From the NCBI GenBank assembly GCA_007123055.1, contig SKSJ01000036.1, positions 1 to 39,418 of the forward strand: DNA of 39,418 nucleotides, given 5' to 3'. The notes below the pieces were generated by a model that worked only from the letters and a program-made list of their open reading frames with translations, was not told the origin of the DNA and searched no databases. Origin of the DNA: Wenzhouxiangella sp. (lineage in GTDB: Bacteria > Pseudomonadota > Gammaproteobacteria > Xanthomonadales > Wenzhouxiangellaceae). Each line of letters starts with the position of its first letter. The stretch's first letter is position 1. A program made the translations under genes and the position numbers. Positions 1 through 8,023 of this stretch are shown here, piece after piece.

Positions 1-444
1 GGGCAGGGCATGAGCTATTTCGCCCGTCGCGCCAGCGACTGCGCGGAGGCCGGTTACCCGGCCGACCAGTCTGCCTGGACGCGCGGCTGGGACGTTGGCA
101 TTACCTGGTTTTGCACACGCAACAATGGTTTCCGGCAGGGTCTTGACGGATACCGCTACGATCAGATTTGTCCCGGCCACATCGAACAGGACTTTCTCGA
201 CGGCTACGAAACCGGCTACGCCATTTACCAGTACAGCGAACGTATCGACCGTACGGCCGCGGAAATCGAACGTGTCCGCGACAGGCTGGCGGAACTCCGG
301 GGAGAGCGTCCCCGCGACGGCGAAGCGATTGCCGATGCACGCGACCGGCTCGCCGTGCTCGACGATCGCCTGCGCCGAGAGGAGTTGGAGCTGGCGCGTC
401 TGAAGGGCCTGGCCCAGGGGCAGGGGTTTCCTGTCGCGCTGTAG
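1..444 (+). CDS. DUF2799-like putative lipoprotein, 5'-truncated by the window edge
   Basis: Frame is open from base 1. Pattern C..G..G...FC...NGF..G..G..Y...CP....FL.GY..G followed by a coiled-coil tail is typical of DUF2799 proteins (family recall). Confidence 0.7.
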   Translation, partial: GQGMSYFARRASDCAEAGYPADQSAWTRGWDVGITWFCTRNNGFRQGLDGYRYDQICPGHIEQDFLDGYETGYAIYQYSERIDRTAAEIERVRDRLAELRGERPRDGEAIADARDRLAVLDDRLRREELELARLKGLAQGQGFPVAL

Positions 445-461
445 AGTTATTCAGAGGCTCT

Positions 462-1031
462 TTAGAGCTCCTTGCGAACCTCGACGACACCGCTGCCGTC
501 CCGACTGGGGTGGCGGCTGAACCCCAGGCTGCGGGCCAGCGCCAGCATGGCCTGATTGTCCTCCAGCACCAGCCCGTAGAGTACAGCGACGCCTTTCTTG
601 CGAGCCCATTCAATGGCCCGGGTGAGCAGGTAGCGTCCCAGTCGCTGGCGCTTGAGATCACCGCCGACGATGATGGCAAACTCGGCCTGTTCGCCGTCGG
701 TATCCAGGGCGACCCGGACCACGGCACCGATCAGGGCGACATCCGGTGGCCTGGCCTCCACCAGCACCAGGGCAAACTCCCGCTCGGGATCGAGCGTCGC
801 CAGCCGCGCGGCGTATTGTGGCGTGAGTTCCTTGATCGGATGCATGAAGCGCATGCGTACTTCGTCGGGAGTCAATTCCAGGAAACTGCGCCTGAGCACG
901 GGGGCGTCGGAAGGTTGCATCGGGCGCAGGATGAAGCGACGCCCGTCGGACAGCTCGATGGCCTCGCACCACGCCCGACCAAGGGGCAGGCGAGTAAAGG
1001 GGTAGCGGCGGCTATGGCGGGTGGGGAGCAC
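462..1031 (-). CDS. GNAT family N-acetyltransferase (resembles the GNAT domain of Pat/Pka acetyltransferases)
   Basis: LSDGRRFILRPM, RMRF, AEFAIIV, RQRLGRYLL and V..DNQAMLALARSLGF motifs. Probable GTG start at 1031, just downstream of the korB stop; start uncertain. Confidence 0.85.
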   Translation of the reverse strand: MLPTRHSRRYPFTRLPLGRAWCEAIELSDGRRFILRPMQPSDAPVLRRSFLELTPDEVRMRFMHPIKELTPQYAARLATLDPEREFALVLVEARPPDVALIGAVVRVALDTDGEQAEFAIIVGGDLKRQRLGRYLLTRAIEWARKKGVAVLYGLVLEDNQAMLALARSLGFSRHPSRDGSGVVEVRKEL

Positions 1032-1039
1032 TCGCCTGG

Positions 1040-2095
1040 CTAGCGCATTTTTCTCTGCAGGTCTTCCAGTGCATCGGCACCCGGGTTGAGGCAATCGAAC
1101 TCGATGTCGCGAAGCGGCTGCAATGCCGTGCCGGACAGTTGATGAAATTCCGGCAGATCGGAATCCCGGTAGAGCAGGCCGGTGACGACCTTGCCGAGGG
1201 CGCGATGGCGCTCGAGATACTCGAGTGCATGTGCCCGGTCGCCCGGATCGTAATCGGCTTCCAGCTTGCGGAACCGGATCACCGAATCGTCATGCAGTTT
1301 GACTGGCAGTTCCTCGCCCTCGTCGTAGTTCGCCTCGATGGCTTCGGCCGGTTCGACCAGATCGGCGACGGTGACTGACTCGTGGTGTTCACGTGTCCAG
1401 GCATAGCTCTTGGTCGAGCCTTCGTGGTCGTTGAAGGTCACGCAGGGGCTGATCACGTCGAGCACCGCGCAGCCCGGGTGGGCCAGGCCGGCCTTGATCA
1501 GCGGCACCAGTTGCTTCTTGTCGCCGGAGAAGCTGCGCGCGGCGAAGCTGCCACCCAGAGAGATGGCGGCGGCTACCGGGTCGATGGCCTGCTGGCGATT
1601 CTCGATGCCGGCCTTGCTCTTGCTGCCTGGATCGGCCGAGGCCGAGAACTGGCCCTTGGTCAAGCCGTAGACACCATTGTTTTCGATGATGTAGAGCAGG
1701 TTGATGTTGCGCCTGACCGCATGGGCGAATTGCCCCATGCCGATGGATAGTGAATCGCCGTCACCGGAGATACCGACGGCGATCAGGTCGCGATGCGCCG
1801 CCAGGGCACCGGTTGCCACCGACGGCATGCGGCCGTGCACGGAGTTGAAGCCGTGGGCGCCGTTGAGGAAATAAGCGGGTGTCTTGGACGAACAGCCGAT
1901 GCCCGACATCTTGATGACCTGTTCGGGCTTGATGGCCAGTTCCCAGAATGCCTGCACCAGGGCGGCGGTGACCGAATCGTGACCGCAGCCGGCGCAGAGC
2001 GTGGACATTCCCCCCTCGTAATCACGGATCGTCAGGCCCAGGGGGTTGCGTCGCTGGCCGGACCACTCCACTTTTGGCTTGGTGATGAAACTCAT
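1040..2095 (-). CDS. korB: 2-oxoacid:ferredoxin oxidoreductase beta subunit
   Basis: LCAGCGHD, SGIGCSSK, HGRMPS and TPP-binding GDGD..NNGVYGLTKGQ motifs. Confidence 0.93.
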   Translation of the reverse strand: MSFITKPKVEWSGQRRNPLGLTIRDYEGGMSTLCAGCGHDSVTAALVQAFWELAIKPEQVIKMSGIGCSSKTPAYFLNGAHGFNSVHGRMPSVATGALAAHRDLIAVGISGDGDSLSIGMGQFAHAVRRNINLLYIIENNGVYGLTKGQFSASADPGSKSKAGIENRQQAIDPVAAAISLGGSFAARSFSGDKKQLVPLIKAGLAHPGCAVLDVISPCVTFNDHEGSTKSYAWTREHHESVTVADLVEPAEAIEANYDEGEELPVKLHDDSVIRFRKLEADYDPGDRAHALEYLERHRALGKVVTGLLYRDSDLPEFHQLSGTALQPLRDIEFDCLNPGADALEDLQRKMR

Positions 2096-3918
2096 GCCAC
2101 CGCCTCCTTGCGAATGTACCTCCGGATGCGCTCGCTGACGGCATCGGACGGGATGGGCAGCCCGCTGTAGTGCAGGATTGACACCAGCTTGTCCGGATCG
2201 GCGTGCGTTTCCAGTTTGAGCAGCGAGCGCATCTGCCCGTCACGGTTCTGCTCGACCACGAAAATCGTCGCGTGTTCGTCGAGAAAGGCCTGCACCTCGT
2301 CACTGAATGGAAATGCCCGCAGTCGCAGGTAATTGGCGTGGATGCCGCGCTCGGCCAGCCGCTCGAGTGCCTCCACCACCGCTCCATGGGATGAACCGTA
2401 GGCGATGATGCCGATGTCGGTATGGTGGCCGCTGTCTGTGCGAATCGGTGCCGGCACCATGCTGCGAGCCGTTTCCCACTTGCCCAGCAGGCGGTCGACG
2501 ACTTCCTGGTATTCGACGGCGTCTTCGGTGTAACCGCCCAGGCGATTGTGGCCGGAGCCGCGCACGAAATAGGCACCCTTGCGATGGGAGCCGGGCAGGG
2601 TGCGGTAAGGGATGCCGTCGCCGTCGACGTCATCGAAGCGATGAAAAGCATCCAGCTCTTCGAGTTCAGCCGCGCTGAGCACCTTGCCGCGGTCGGGGCT
2701 GTATTCATCGTCCCAGGTCATCTTCGGGATCATCCAGTCGTTCATGCCGATATCCAGATCCGACAGGACGAATACGGGGGTCTGCAGCCGGTCGGCCAGG
2801 TCGAAGGCCGCAACCGACAGTTCGAAGCATTCGCGCGGATCGGCGGGCAGGAGCACCGGGTGTCGGGTGTCGCCGTGCGAACAGTAGGCGGCGGCCATGA
2901 GGTCACCCTGCTGGGTTCGTGTGGGCATGCCGGTCGAGGGGCCGACGCGCTGCACATCGAAGAACACGGCCGGTATCTCGGTGTAATAGGCGAATCCGAT
3001 GAACTCGCCCATCAGCGAGATGCCCGGTCCGGAGGTGGGGGTGAAGGCACGTGCGCCAGCCCAGCTGGCACCGACAACCATGCCGGCAGCGGCCAGTTCG
3101 TCCTCCGCCTGGATGACGCAGTAGCGCTTCTCGCCAGTGTCCGGATCGGTCCGGTAACGCTTGCACAGCGACTCGAAGGCGTCCATCAGGGACGTCGAGG
3201 GTGTGATCGGGTACCAGGCACCCACGGTGGCGCCGGCATAGAGGCAGCCCAGGGCGGCGGCCTGGTTGCCGTCGATCAGGACATGATCGTCGGTGCCGTT
3301 CATTGTCTCGGCCCGGACCGGCAGCGGGCAGTCGAAGTGCTTTCTCGCGTAATCGTGGCCCAGCGTGATGGCCTGCATGTTGGGCTCGATCAGTTTTTTC
3401 TTTGCGGCAAAGGTTTCCTCGATGAGTGCCCGCACCACGTCGCGGTCGATGTCCATCAGTGCGCACAAGGCGCCGACGTAGGCGATGTTCTTCATCAGGA
3501 TGCGCACGCGAGCCGGCGTGAAATGGCGGTTGACCATGTCGGCCAGCGGAATGCCGATGAGGTGGACGTCTTCGCGGGCGAGTTGACGGTCGCGCGGCCA
3601 GCTCGAATCGTAGAGCAGGTAGCCGCCGGGACTGACTTCGGTCAGGTCCTGCTCGTAGGTCTGGGCATTCATCGCCACCATCATGTCGACGCGACCGGTG
3701 CGCGAGTTGTATCCCTCGCGGCTGGCACGAATCTCGTACCAGGTGGGAAGCCCCTGGATATTCGAGGGAAACAGGTTCTTGCCGGTCACCGGGATGCCCA
3801 TGCGGAACAGGGCTTTCATCAGCAAGGCATTGGCCGAGGCCGAGCCGGTGCCGTTGACGGTGCCGATCTTGATGACGAAATCGTTGATGCAGCGTGGGGT
3901 TGAGTCAGCTCCGGGCAC
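2092..3918 (-). CDS. korA: 2-oxoacid:acceptor oxidoreductase alpha subunit (fused gamma-alpha)
   Basis: NGTGSAS, YPITPS, QAEDELAA, TSGPG and QRVGPSTGMPT motifs; overlaps the korB start by 4 nt. Confidence 0.93.
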   Translation of the reverse strand: MPGADSTPRCINDFVIKIGTVNGTGSASANALLMKALFRMGIPVTGKNLFPSNIQGLPTWYEIRASREGYNSRTGRVDMMVAMNAQTYEQDLTEVSPGGYLLYDSSWPRDRQLAREDVHLIGIPLADMVNRHFTPARVRILMKNIAYVGALCALMDIDRDVVRALIEETFAAKKKLIEPNMQAITLGHDYARKHFDCPLPVRAETMNGTDDHVLIDGNQAAALGCLYAGATVGAWYPITPSTSLMDAFESLCKRYRTDPDTGEKRYCVIQAEDELAAAGMVVGASWAGARAFTPTSGPGISLMGEFIGFAYYTEIPAVFFDVQRVGPSTGMPTRTQQGDLMAAAYCSHGDTRHPVLLPADPRECFELSVAAFDLADRLQTPVFVLSDLDIGMNDWMIPKMTWDDEYSPDRGKVLSAAELEELDAFHRFDDVDGDGIPYRTLPGSHRKGAYFVRGSGHNRLGGYTEDAVEYQEVVDRLLGKWETARSMVPAPIRTDSGHHTDIGIIAYGSSHGAVVEALERLAERGIHANYLRLRAFPFSDEVQAFLDEHATIFVVEQNRDGQMRSLLKLETHADPDKLVSILHYSGLPIPSDAVSERIRRYIRKEAVA

Positions 3919-3979
3919 GATGGTGGTCTCTTCCTCTGAAGTGTCGGATGCAGGAGTTTGGGTGGATGGCGGTGTTCAT

Positions 3980-5788
3980 TCAGCCGGTTTTGCGTTGCCG
4001 GCAGGGCATGACGTCGTGGTCGCGGGCATAGGGAATGTCGACGAAGGATTTCTGCATGTCCCAGGCCGCGGTCGGGCAGCGCTCCGCGCACAGGCCACAG
4101 TGCAGGCAGACGTTTTCGTCCTTGACCATCAGGCGGCCGGTCTGTTCAAGCTGCTCGGAAATATACAGGGGTTGATCAGTATTCTCCGCCGGTGCGGTCA
4201 ACTCTTGCCGCAAGGCATCCTCGTTGTCGGCTCCCGGTGTAATGGTCAGGCACTGCGTCGGGCAGATGTCGATGCAGGCATCGCACTCGATGCACAGTTT
4301 GTCGAAAAACACCGTCTGGATGTCGCAGTTGAGGCATCGTTCGACTTCGCAGGCGGTCTGCTCGGCGGTGAATCCCAGTTCGACCTCGGTGTCGATTTCG
4401 CGGAAGCGCTCGGCCAGGGGCACATGCTCCATCTGGCGCCGGGCAGCGGGATCGAAGTCGTTGGAGTAGCTCCACTCGTGGATGCCCATTTTGCGCGTCG
4501 ACAGCTTGACCGTGCGCGGCAGTCGCTCGGTGACCGGCTTGTCATGGACGAAATTGTGTATCGAGATGGCGGCCTGGTGGCCGTGTTCCACTGCCCAGAT
4601 GATGTTCTCGGGTCCGAACGCGGCGTCGCCGCCGAAGAAAACGCCGGACAGGGTGGACTGGTAGGTCTCACGATCGACCACCGGTTCATCCCACTCGTTG
4701 AACTCGATGCCGATGTCGCGCTCGATCCATGGGAACGCGGTTTCCTGTCCGATGGCGAGAATCACATCGTCTGCCTCGATGAATGTTTCCTCGACCACCC
4801 GGCTGTCAGTGATTCGACCATCCTCGATGTCGTATTCCATGACCTCGAAGACCATGCCCTTGAGCTGGCCATCCTCGACGACGAACTCCTTGGGTGAGTG
4901 GTTGATGATGATTTCGACCTGTTCCTCTTCGGCGTCCTCGAGTTCCCAGTCGGAGGCCTTGAAGAACTGGCGTGGCTTGCGTGCCATGACCTTGACGCTT
5001 TCCGCACCCACGCGCAGGCTGGTGCGGCAGCAGTCCATGGCCGTATTGCCCACACCGATGATCAGGACCTTCTCGCCGATGCCTTTGGTATGGCCGAATG
5101 CCACCGATTCCAGCCACTCGATGCCGATGTGGATGCGGGCATCGCCTTCCTCGCGGCCGGGCAGGTTCAGTTCCTTGCCCTTCGGTGCGCCGGAGCCGAC
5201 GAAAACGGCGTCGTATCCCTCATCCAGCAGTGCCTTCATGCTCGCGACCGGCGCATTCAGCCGTAGATCCACGCCCATGTCGATGATGTAGCCGATCTCC
5301 TCGTCGAGAACCTCGGCCGGCAATCGGAAGGCCGGAATGTTGTAGCGCATCAGTCCACCGGGAACCGACAGACGCTCGAAAATGGTGCATTCGTAGCCCA
5401 GCGGCATCAGGTCGTTGCACACTGCCAGGCTGGCGCAGCCGGCGCCGACCAGGGCGATGCGCTTGCCGTTCTTTTTCTCCGGGACCTTGGGCAGACGTTC
5501 GCGGATGTCGTCCTTGTGGTCGGCGGCCACGCGCTTGAGGCGGCAGATGGCGACCGGTTTTTCGTCCACGCGCGCCCGGCGGCAGGCTGGTTCGCAGGGA
5601 CGGTCGCAGACCCGGCCAAGTATGCCGGGAAAGATATTGGACTCGCGATTGACCATGTAGGCGTCGGTAAAACGACCCTGTGCGATCAGGCGGATGTATT
5701 CGGGGATGTCGGTATGGGCGGGGCAGGCCCACTGGCAGTCCACCACGCGGTGGAAGTACTCACTGTCGCCGGTCTCTGTCGGCTTCAT
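3980..5788 (-). CDS. GltD/SudA-like FAD/NAD(P)H oxidoreductase with N-terminal Fe-S clusters and C-terminal 2[4Fe-4S] ferredoxin domain (KorC-like)
   Basis: Start at MKPTETGD. CQWACP, GRVCDRPCEPAC, GAGCAS, GVGNTAMD, EVERCLNC, CIECDACIDICP and CLHCGLCAERCP motifs. Confidence 0.9.
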   Translation of the reverse strand: MKPTETGDSEYFHRVVDCQWACPAHTDIPEYIRLIAQGRFTDAYMVNRESNIFPGILGRVCDRPCEPACRRARVDEKPVAICRLKRVAADHKDDIRERLPKVPEKKNGKRIALVGAGCASLAVCNDLMPLGYECTIFERLSVPGGLMRYNIPAFRLPAEVLDEEIGYIIDMGVDLRLNAPVASMKALLDEGYDAVFVGSGAPKGKELNLPGREEGDARIHIGIEWLESVAFGHTKGIGEKVLIIGVGNTAMDCCRTSLRVGAESVKVMARKPRQFFKASDWELEDAEEEQVEIIINHSPKEFVVEDGQLKGMVFEVMEYDIEDGRITDSRVVEETFIEADDVILAIGQETAFPWIERDIGIEFNEWDEPVVDRETYQSTLSGVFFGGDAAFGPENIIWAVEHGHQAAISIHNFVHDKPVTERLPRTVKLSTRKMGIHEWSYSNDFDPAARRQMEHVPLAERFREIDTEVELGFTAEQTACEVERCLNCDIQTVFFDKLCIECDACIDICPTQCLTITPGADNEDALRQELTAPAENTDQPLYISEQLEQTGRLMVKDENVCLHCGLCAERCPTAAWDMQKSFVDIPYARDHDVMPCRQRKTG

Positions 5789-5941
5789 CGATGCGGCTCC
5801 TGGCATGCGAGAGGACCTTTCGGCCCAAGCATACCGAAAACCCGCGCACGCGGCCACATGAAGACTGGTAACGACAACCTGTCATGGCCAGCCCGGGTTT
5901 ATCGTATATGCTGGAACACGGCTGACGTATCGGGGGTATGC

Positions 5942-7180
5942 ATGACACCGGAGAACCTGATCTCGCGCATCGCTCGTTTCGAGGAAGCGGCCTCGGAGCA
6001 ATTGCCCGGGGGCGTATTGCTGGTGCAAGTCGATCGTTTTCGGCAATTGCGAGGTCAGCTCGGCTTTCGCCTGCTGTTTGCACTGATCCGCAAGGTTCGT
6101 GCCCGGCTTGCGGATGGTGTCGGAGAGCGCGGCGAGGTGTTTCGCTTCGGCTTGTCCAGGTTCGTTATCGTGGTGCCGCAGGCTGCCGCCGATGAACTGC
6201 AGGATCTTGCCGGTCAATTGTTCAACGGCTTGTCCCGGCAGAATTTTGACGTCAATGATGAAAGCATGGCTATCAGCGTCAGCATGGCGCTGGCGCGCTT
6301 CGATCATCGGTTTGCGGGGGCTGATCGCATGCTCGTCGCGCTGAGCGAGCGCCTGGAGAAGGTCCTGTCCGGTGGCGGTAATGAGCTCAGCTTCGTGGAG
6401 CCGGGCGTCAGCGCCACGTTGGCGATGGACTCCGAGGATCACATGCTCGGGTTGCTGATGGAGGCATTGCGGCACAATCGCGTCAAGGTGGTTTTCCAGC
6501 CCTTGCTGGCGACGCGGGATAACGAGCCGAAGCGATCCTTCCAGATGCTTCCCCGGCTCGAGACAAGTGACGGCGAGTTGATCACGGCTGCCGAGTTCAT
6601 CCCGGTGGCAAGAGCGGCCCGCCTGCTGCCAGTGCTTGATCGCTGGATGGTGACCCATGCGGTGAAGTTGTTTCGGGGACCACTCAAGGCCCAGCCCGTG
6701 AGGCTGTTCATCAATCAGTCCAATGCCTTGTTGACAGACTCCGAACGAATGAATTGGCTGTTGGAGGCCCTGGCCAGAATGTCGGAAATGGCTGGCAGGA
6801 TTGTCGTCGAGTTGCCGCTGGACGATGCGATGTCCCACATGAAGCACTCGGCCCGGCTGATCGAGGGGACTCGGGAATACGGCGGTGGTGTCTGCTTCAG
6901 CATGGTGGACGAACACAGTCGATGGGACCTGCTTGCTGGTGATCTGAACTGCGATTTCCTGCGCATGTCTCCCGGTTTCGTCGCCCGCCTGTCGACCGAG
7001 CCTGATCTGGAGAGGCGTTTTCTCGAGCTTAGCGAGCCGGTGCGGGAACGAGGCGTGCGCATCATCATGCCGATGATCGAGGATCAGGAGACTGCCGCCA
7101 GCATGTGGCGCACCGGGGCCGATTTCATGCAGGGCAACATGATCCAGGAGCCCGAGAATACGATTGCGTTGGAGGAATGA
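5942..7180 (+). CDS. Degenerate GGDEF-EAL domain protein
   Basis: ATG at 5942. The GGDEF site reads RFGLSRF. The EAL-domain layout is retained (VFQP, AAEFIPVA, LDRW, LFINQS, GADFMQG) but EAL reads QML. Confidence 0.85.
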   Translation: MTPENLISRIARFEEAASEQLPGGVLLVQVDRFRQLRGQLGFRLLFALIRKVRARLADGVGERGEVFRFGLSRFVIVVPQAAADELQDLAGQLFNGLSRQNFDVNDESMAISVSMALARFDHRFAGADRMLVALSERLEKVLSGGGNELSFVEPGVSATLAMDSEDHMLGLLMEALRHNRVKVVFQPLLATRDNEPKRSFQMLPRLETSDGELITAAEFIPVARAARLLPVLDRWMVTHAVKLFRGPLKAQPVRLFINQSNALLTDSERMNWLLEALARMSEMAGRIVVELPLDDAMSHMKHSARLIEGTREYGGGVCFSMVDEHSRWDLLAGDLNCDFLRMSPGFVARLSTEPDLERRFLELSEPVRERGVRIIMPMIEDQETAASMWRTGADFMQGNMIQEPENTIALEE

Positions 7181-7193
7181 GAGGGAGGGGGAG

Positions 7194-7222
7194 TAAAAAC
7201 CCCCGCACGAGGCGGGGTTTTT
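7194..7222. terminator. Bidirectional intrinsic terminator (part of the repeat unit)
   Basis: AAAAA-CCCCGC-loop-GCGGGG-TTTTT between the convergent EAL gene and the tRNA locus. Confidence 0.75.
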
Positions 7223-7228
7223 CAATGA

Positions 7229-7407
7229 TGGCGGAGAGGGAGGGATTGCTGCGCCCGCTTCGCGGGCTTGTCCTTCGGACTGAAGTGCTGCGCACTTCAG
7301 CGAGCTCACCGCGCTACGCGCGGTTCGGTTCGAACCGGGGTTCTCATCCGTGATCCCCCTCACCACGATCATTAAAAAACCCGCCACAGGGGCGGGTCTT
7401 TTAATGA
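7229..7407 (-). ncRNA. RtT-like tRNA-linked repeat ending in a copy of the last 19 nt of tRNA-Ser including CCA
   Basis: 24-bp exact direct repeat 7224-7247 = 7403-7426 (179-bp period). The minus strand reads GGATGAGAAC..GGTTCGAAC-(hairpins)-AATCCCTCCCTCTCCGCCA, the architecture of the E. coli tyrT RtT repeats. Confidence 0.7.
7373..7402. terminator. Intrinsic terminator downstream of tRNA-Ser
   Basis: AAAAAA-CCCGCC-ACAGG-GGCGGG-TCTTTT; the minus strand gives a hairpin plus U-run. Confidence 0.75.
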
Positions 7408-7500
7408 TGGCGGAGAGGGAGGGATTCGAACCCTCGATACGGGTATAAGCCGTATACTCCCTTAGCAGGGGAGCGCCTTCAGCCACTCGGCCACCTCTCC
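7408..7500 (-). tRNA. tRNA-Ser (GCT), 93 nt, CCA encoded
   Basis: GGAGAGG/CCTCTCC acceptor stem, CTCCC-CT GCT AA-GGGAG anticodon arm, long variable arm, GGTTCGAATCC T-arm, GCCA end. Confidence 0.97.
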
Positions 7501-7510
7501 GTTAAACCTG

Positions 7511-7516
7511 ATTGTA
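7511..7516 (-). promoter_or_regulatory. Putative -10 element (TACAAT) of tRNA-Ser; duplicated at 7752-7757
   Basis: TACAAT lies 10 nt upstream of the mature 5' end in both tRNA copies; no convincing -35. Confidence 0.45.
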
Positions 7517-7574
7517 GCCGCCATACGCTGGCGGGGACTTCGCTTTTTTTACCCGGGCGGCTCTTGCGAGCCGC

Positions 7575-7741
7575 GAGAGGGAGGGATGGCTGCGCCCGCT
7601 TTCAGCGGGCTTGTCCTCCGGACTGAAGTGCTTTGCACTTCAGCGAGCTCGCCTTCGGCTCGGTTCGAGCCCTCGATACGGGTATAAGCCGTATACTCCC
7701 TTGAGCTGAGGGAGCGCCTTCAGCCACTCGGCCACCTCTCC
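7575..7741 (-). pseudogene. Second tRNA-Ser-derived copy with a ~76-nt hairpin cassette in the T-loop, altered anticodon arm and no CCA
   Basis: 7664-7749 is nearly identical to 7425-7508 and 7575-7587 matches the 3' T/acceptor strand. The intervening 7588-7663 is homologous to 7248-7328. Confidence 0.85.
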
Positions 7742-8023
7742 GTTAAACCGTATTGTAGCCGTCAAATTCCATCTGCTTCAGCCCGCCCTCCGTACAATTC
7801 CGGATGGCGTGGTTGGTGGCTGCTGCCGAGAATTTCACGCGTCCTTGCATTGGTCGCGGCATTGTAACCCGGTGGAAACCGTCATGCCGTTGCAATCAAG
7901 GCGCGCAAGGATAACCCCGATCCTGTTTCGGGTAAAGTCCCCGACTGATAGAATCAGGGGCGGTTTTGGCATGGCGCGGCCCCATCGCAATGAGTCCGGC
8001 GCCGGATTTTCGAGGAGCAGCAG

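Noticed and set aside
3905-3979. Short ATG ORF right after the oxidoreductase stop, suggesting a korA frameshift
   Set aside because: korA has its own purine-rich RBS and GTG at 3918, and the conserved sequence begins just after it, so no frameshift is needed.
5516-5941. N-terminal extensions in the ORF track (EAL gene; likewise 10988, 11841, 19729, 28195, 29863, 35217)
   Set aside because: They overlap neighbouring genes or promoters; downstream starts fit the family N-termini better.
7588-7663. Possible group I intron in the tRNA
   Set aside because: Far too short, located in the T-loop rather than the anticodon loop, and without recognisable catalytic core elements.
7575-7741. Functional suppressor or selenocysteine tRNA (a TCA triplet occurs in the altered loop)
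   Set aside because: TCA is not centred in the loop, the T-arm is disrupted, CCA is absent and the body is a plain tRNA-Ser copy.
7194-7764. Possible CRISPR array or integrated island at tRNA-Ser
   Set aside because: The repeats are tRNA-derived, the intervening segments are homologous rather than unique spacers, and there is no cas or integrase gene.
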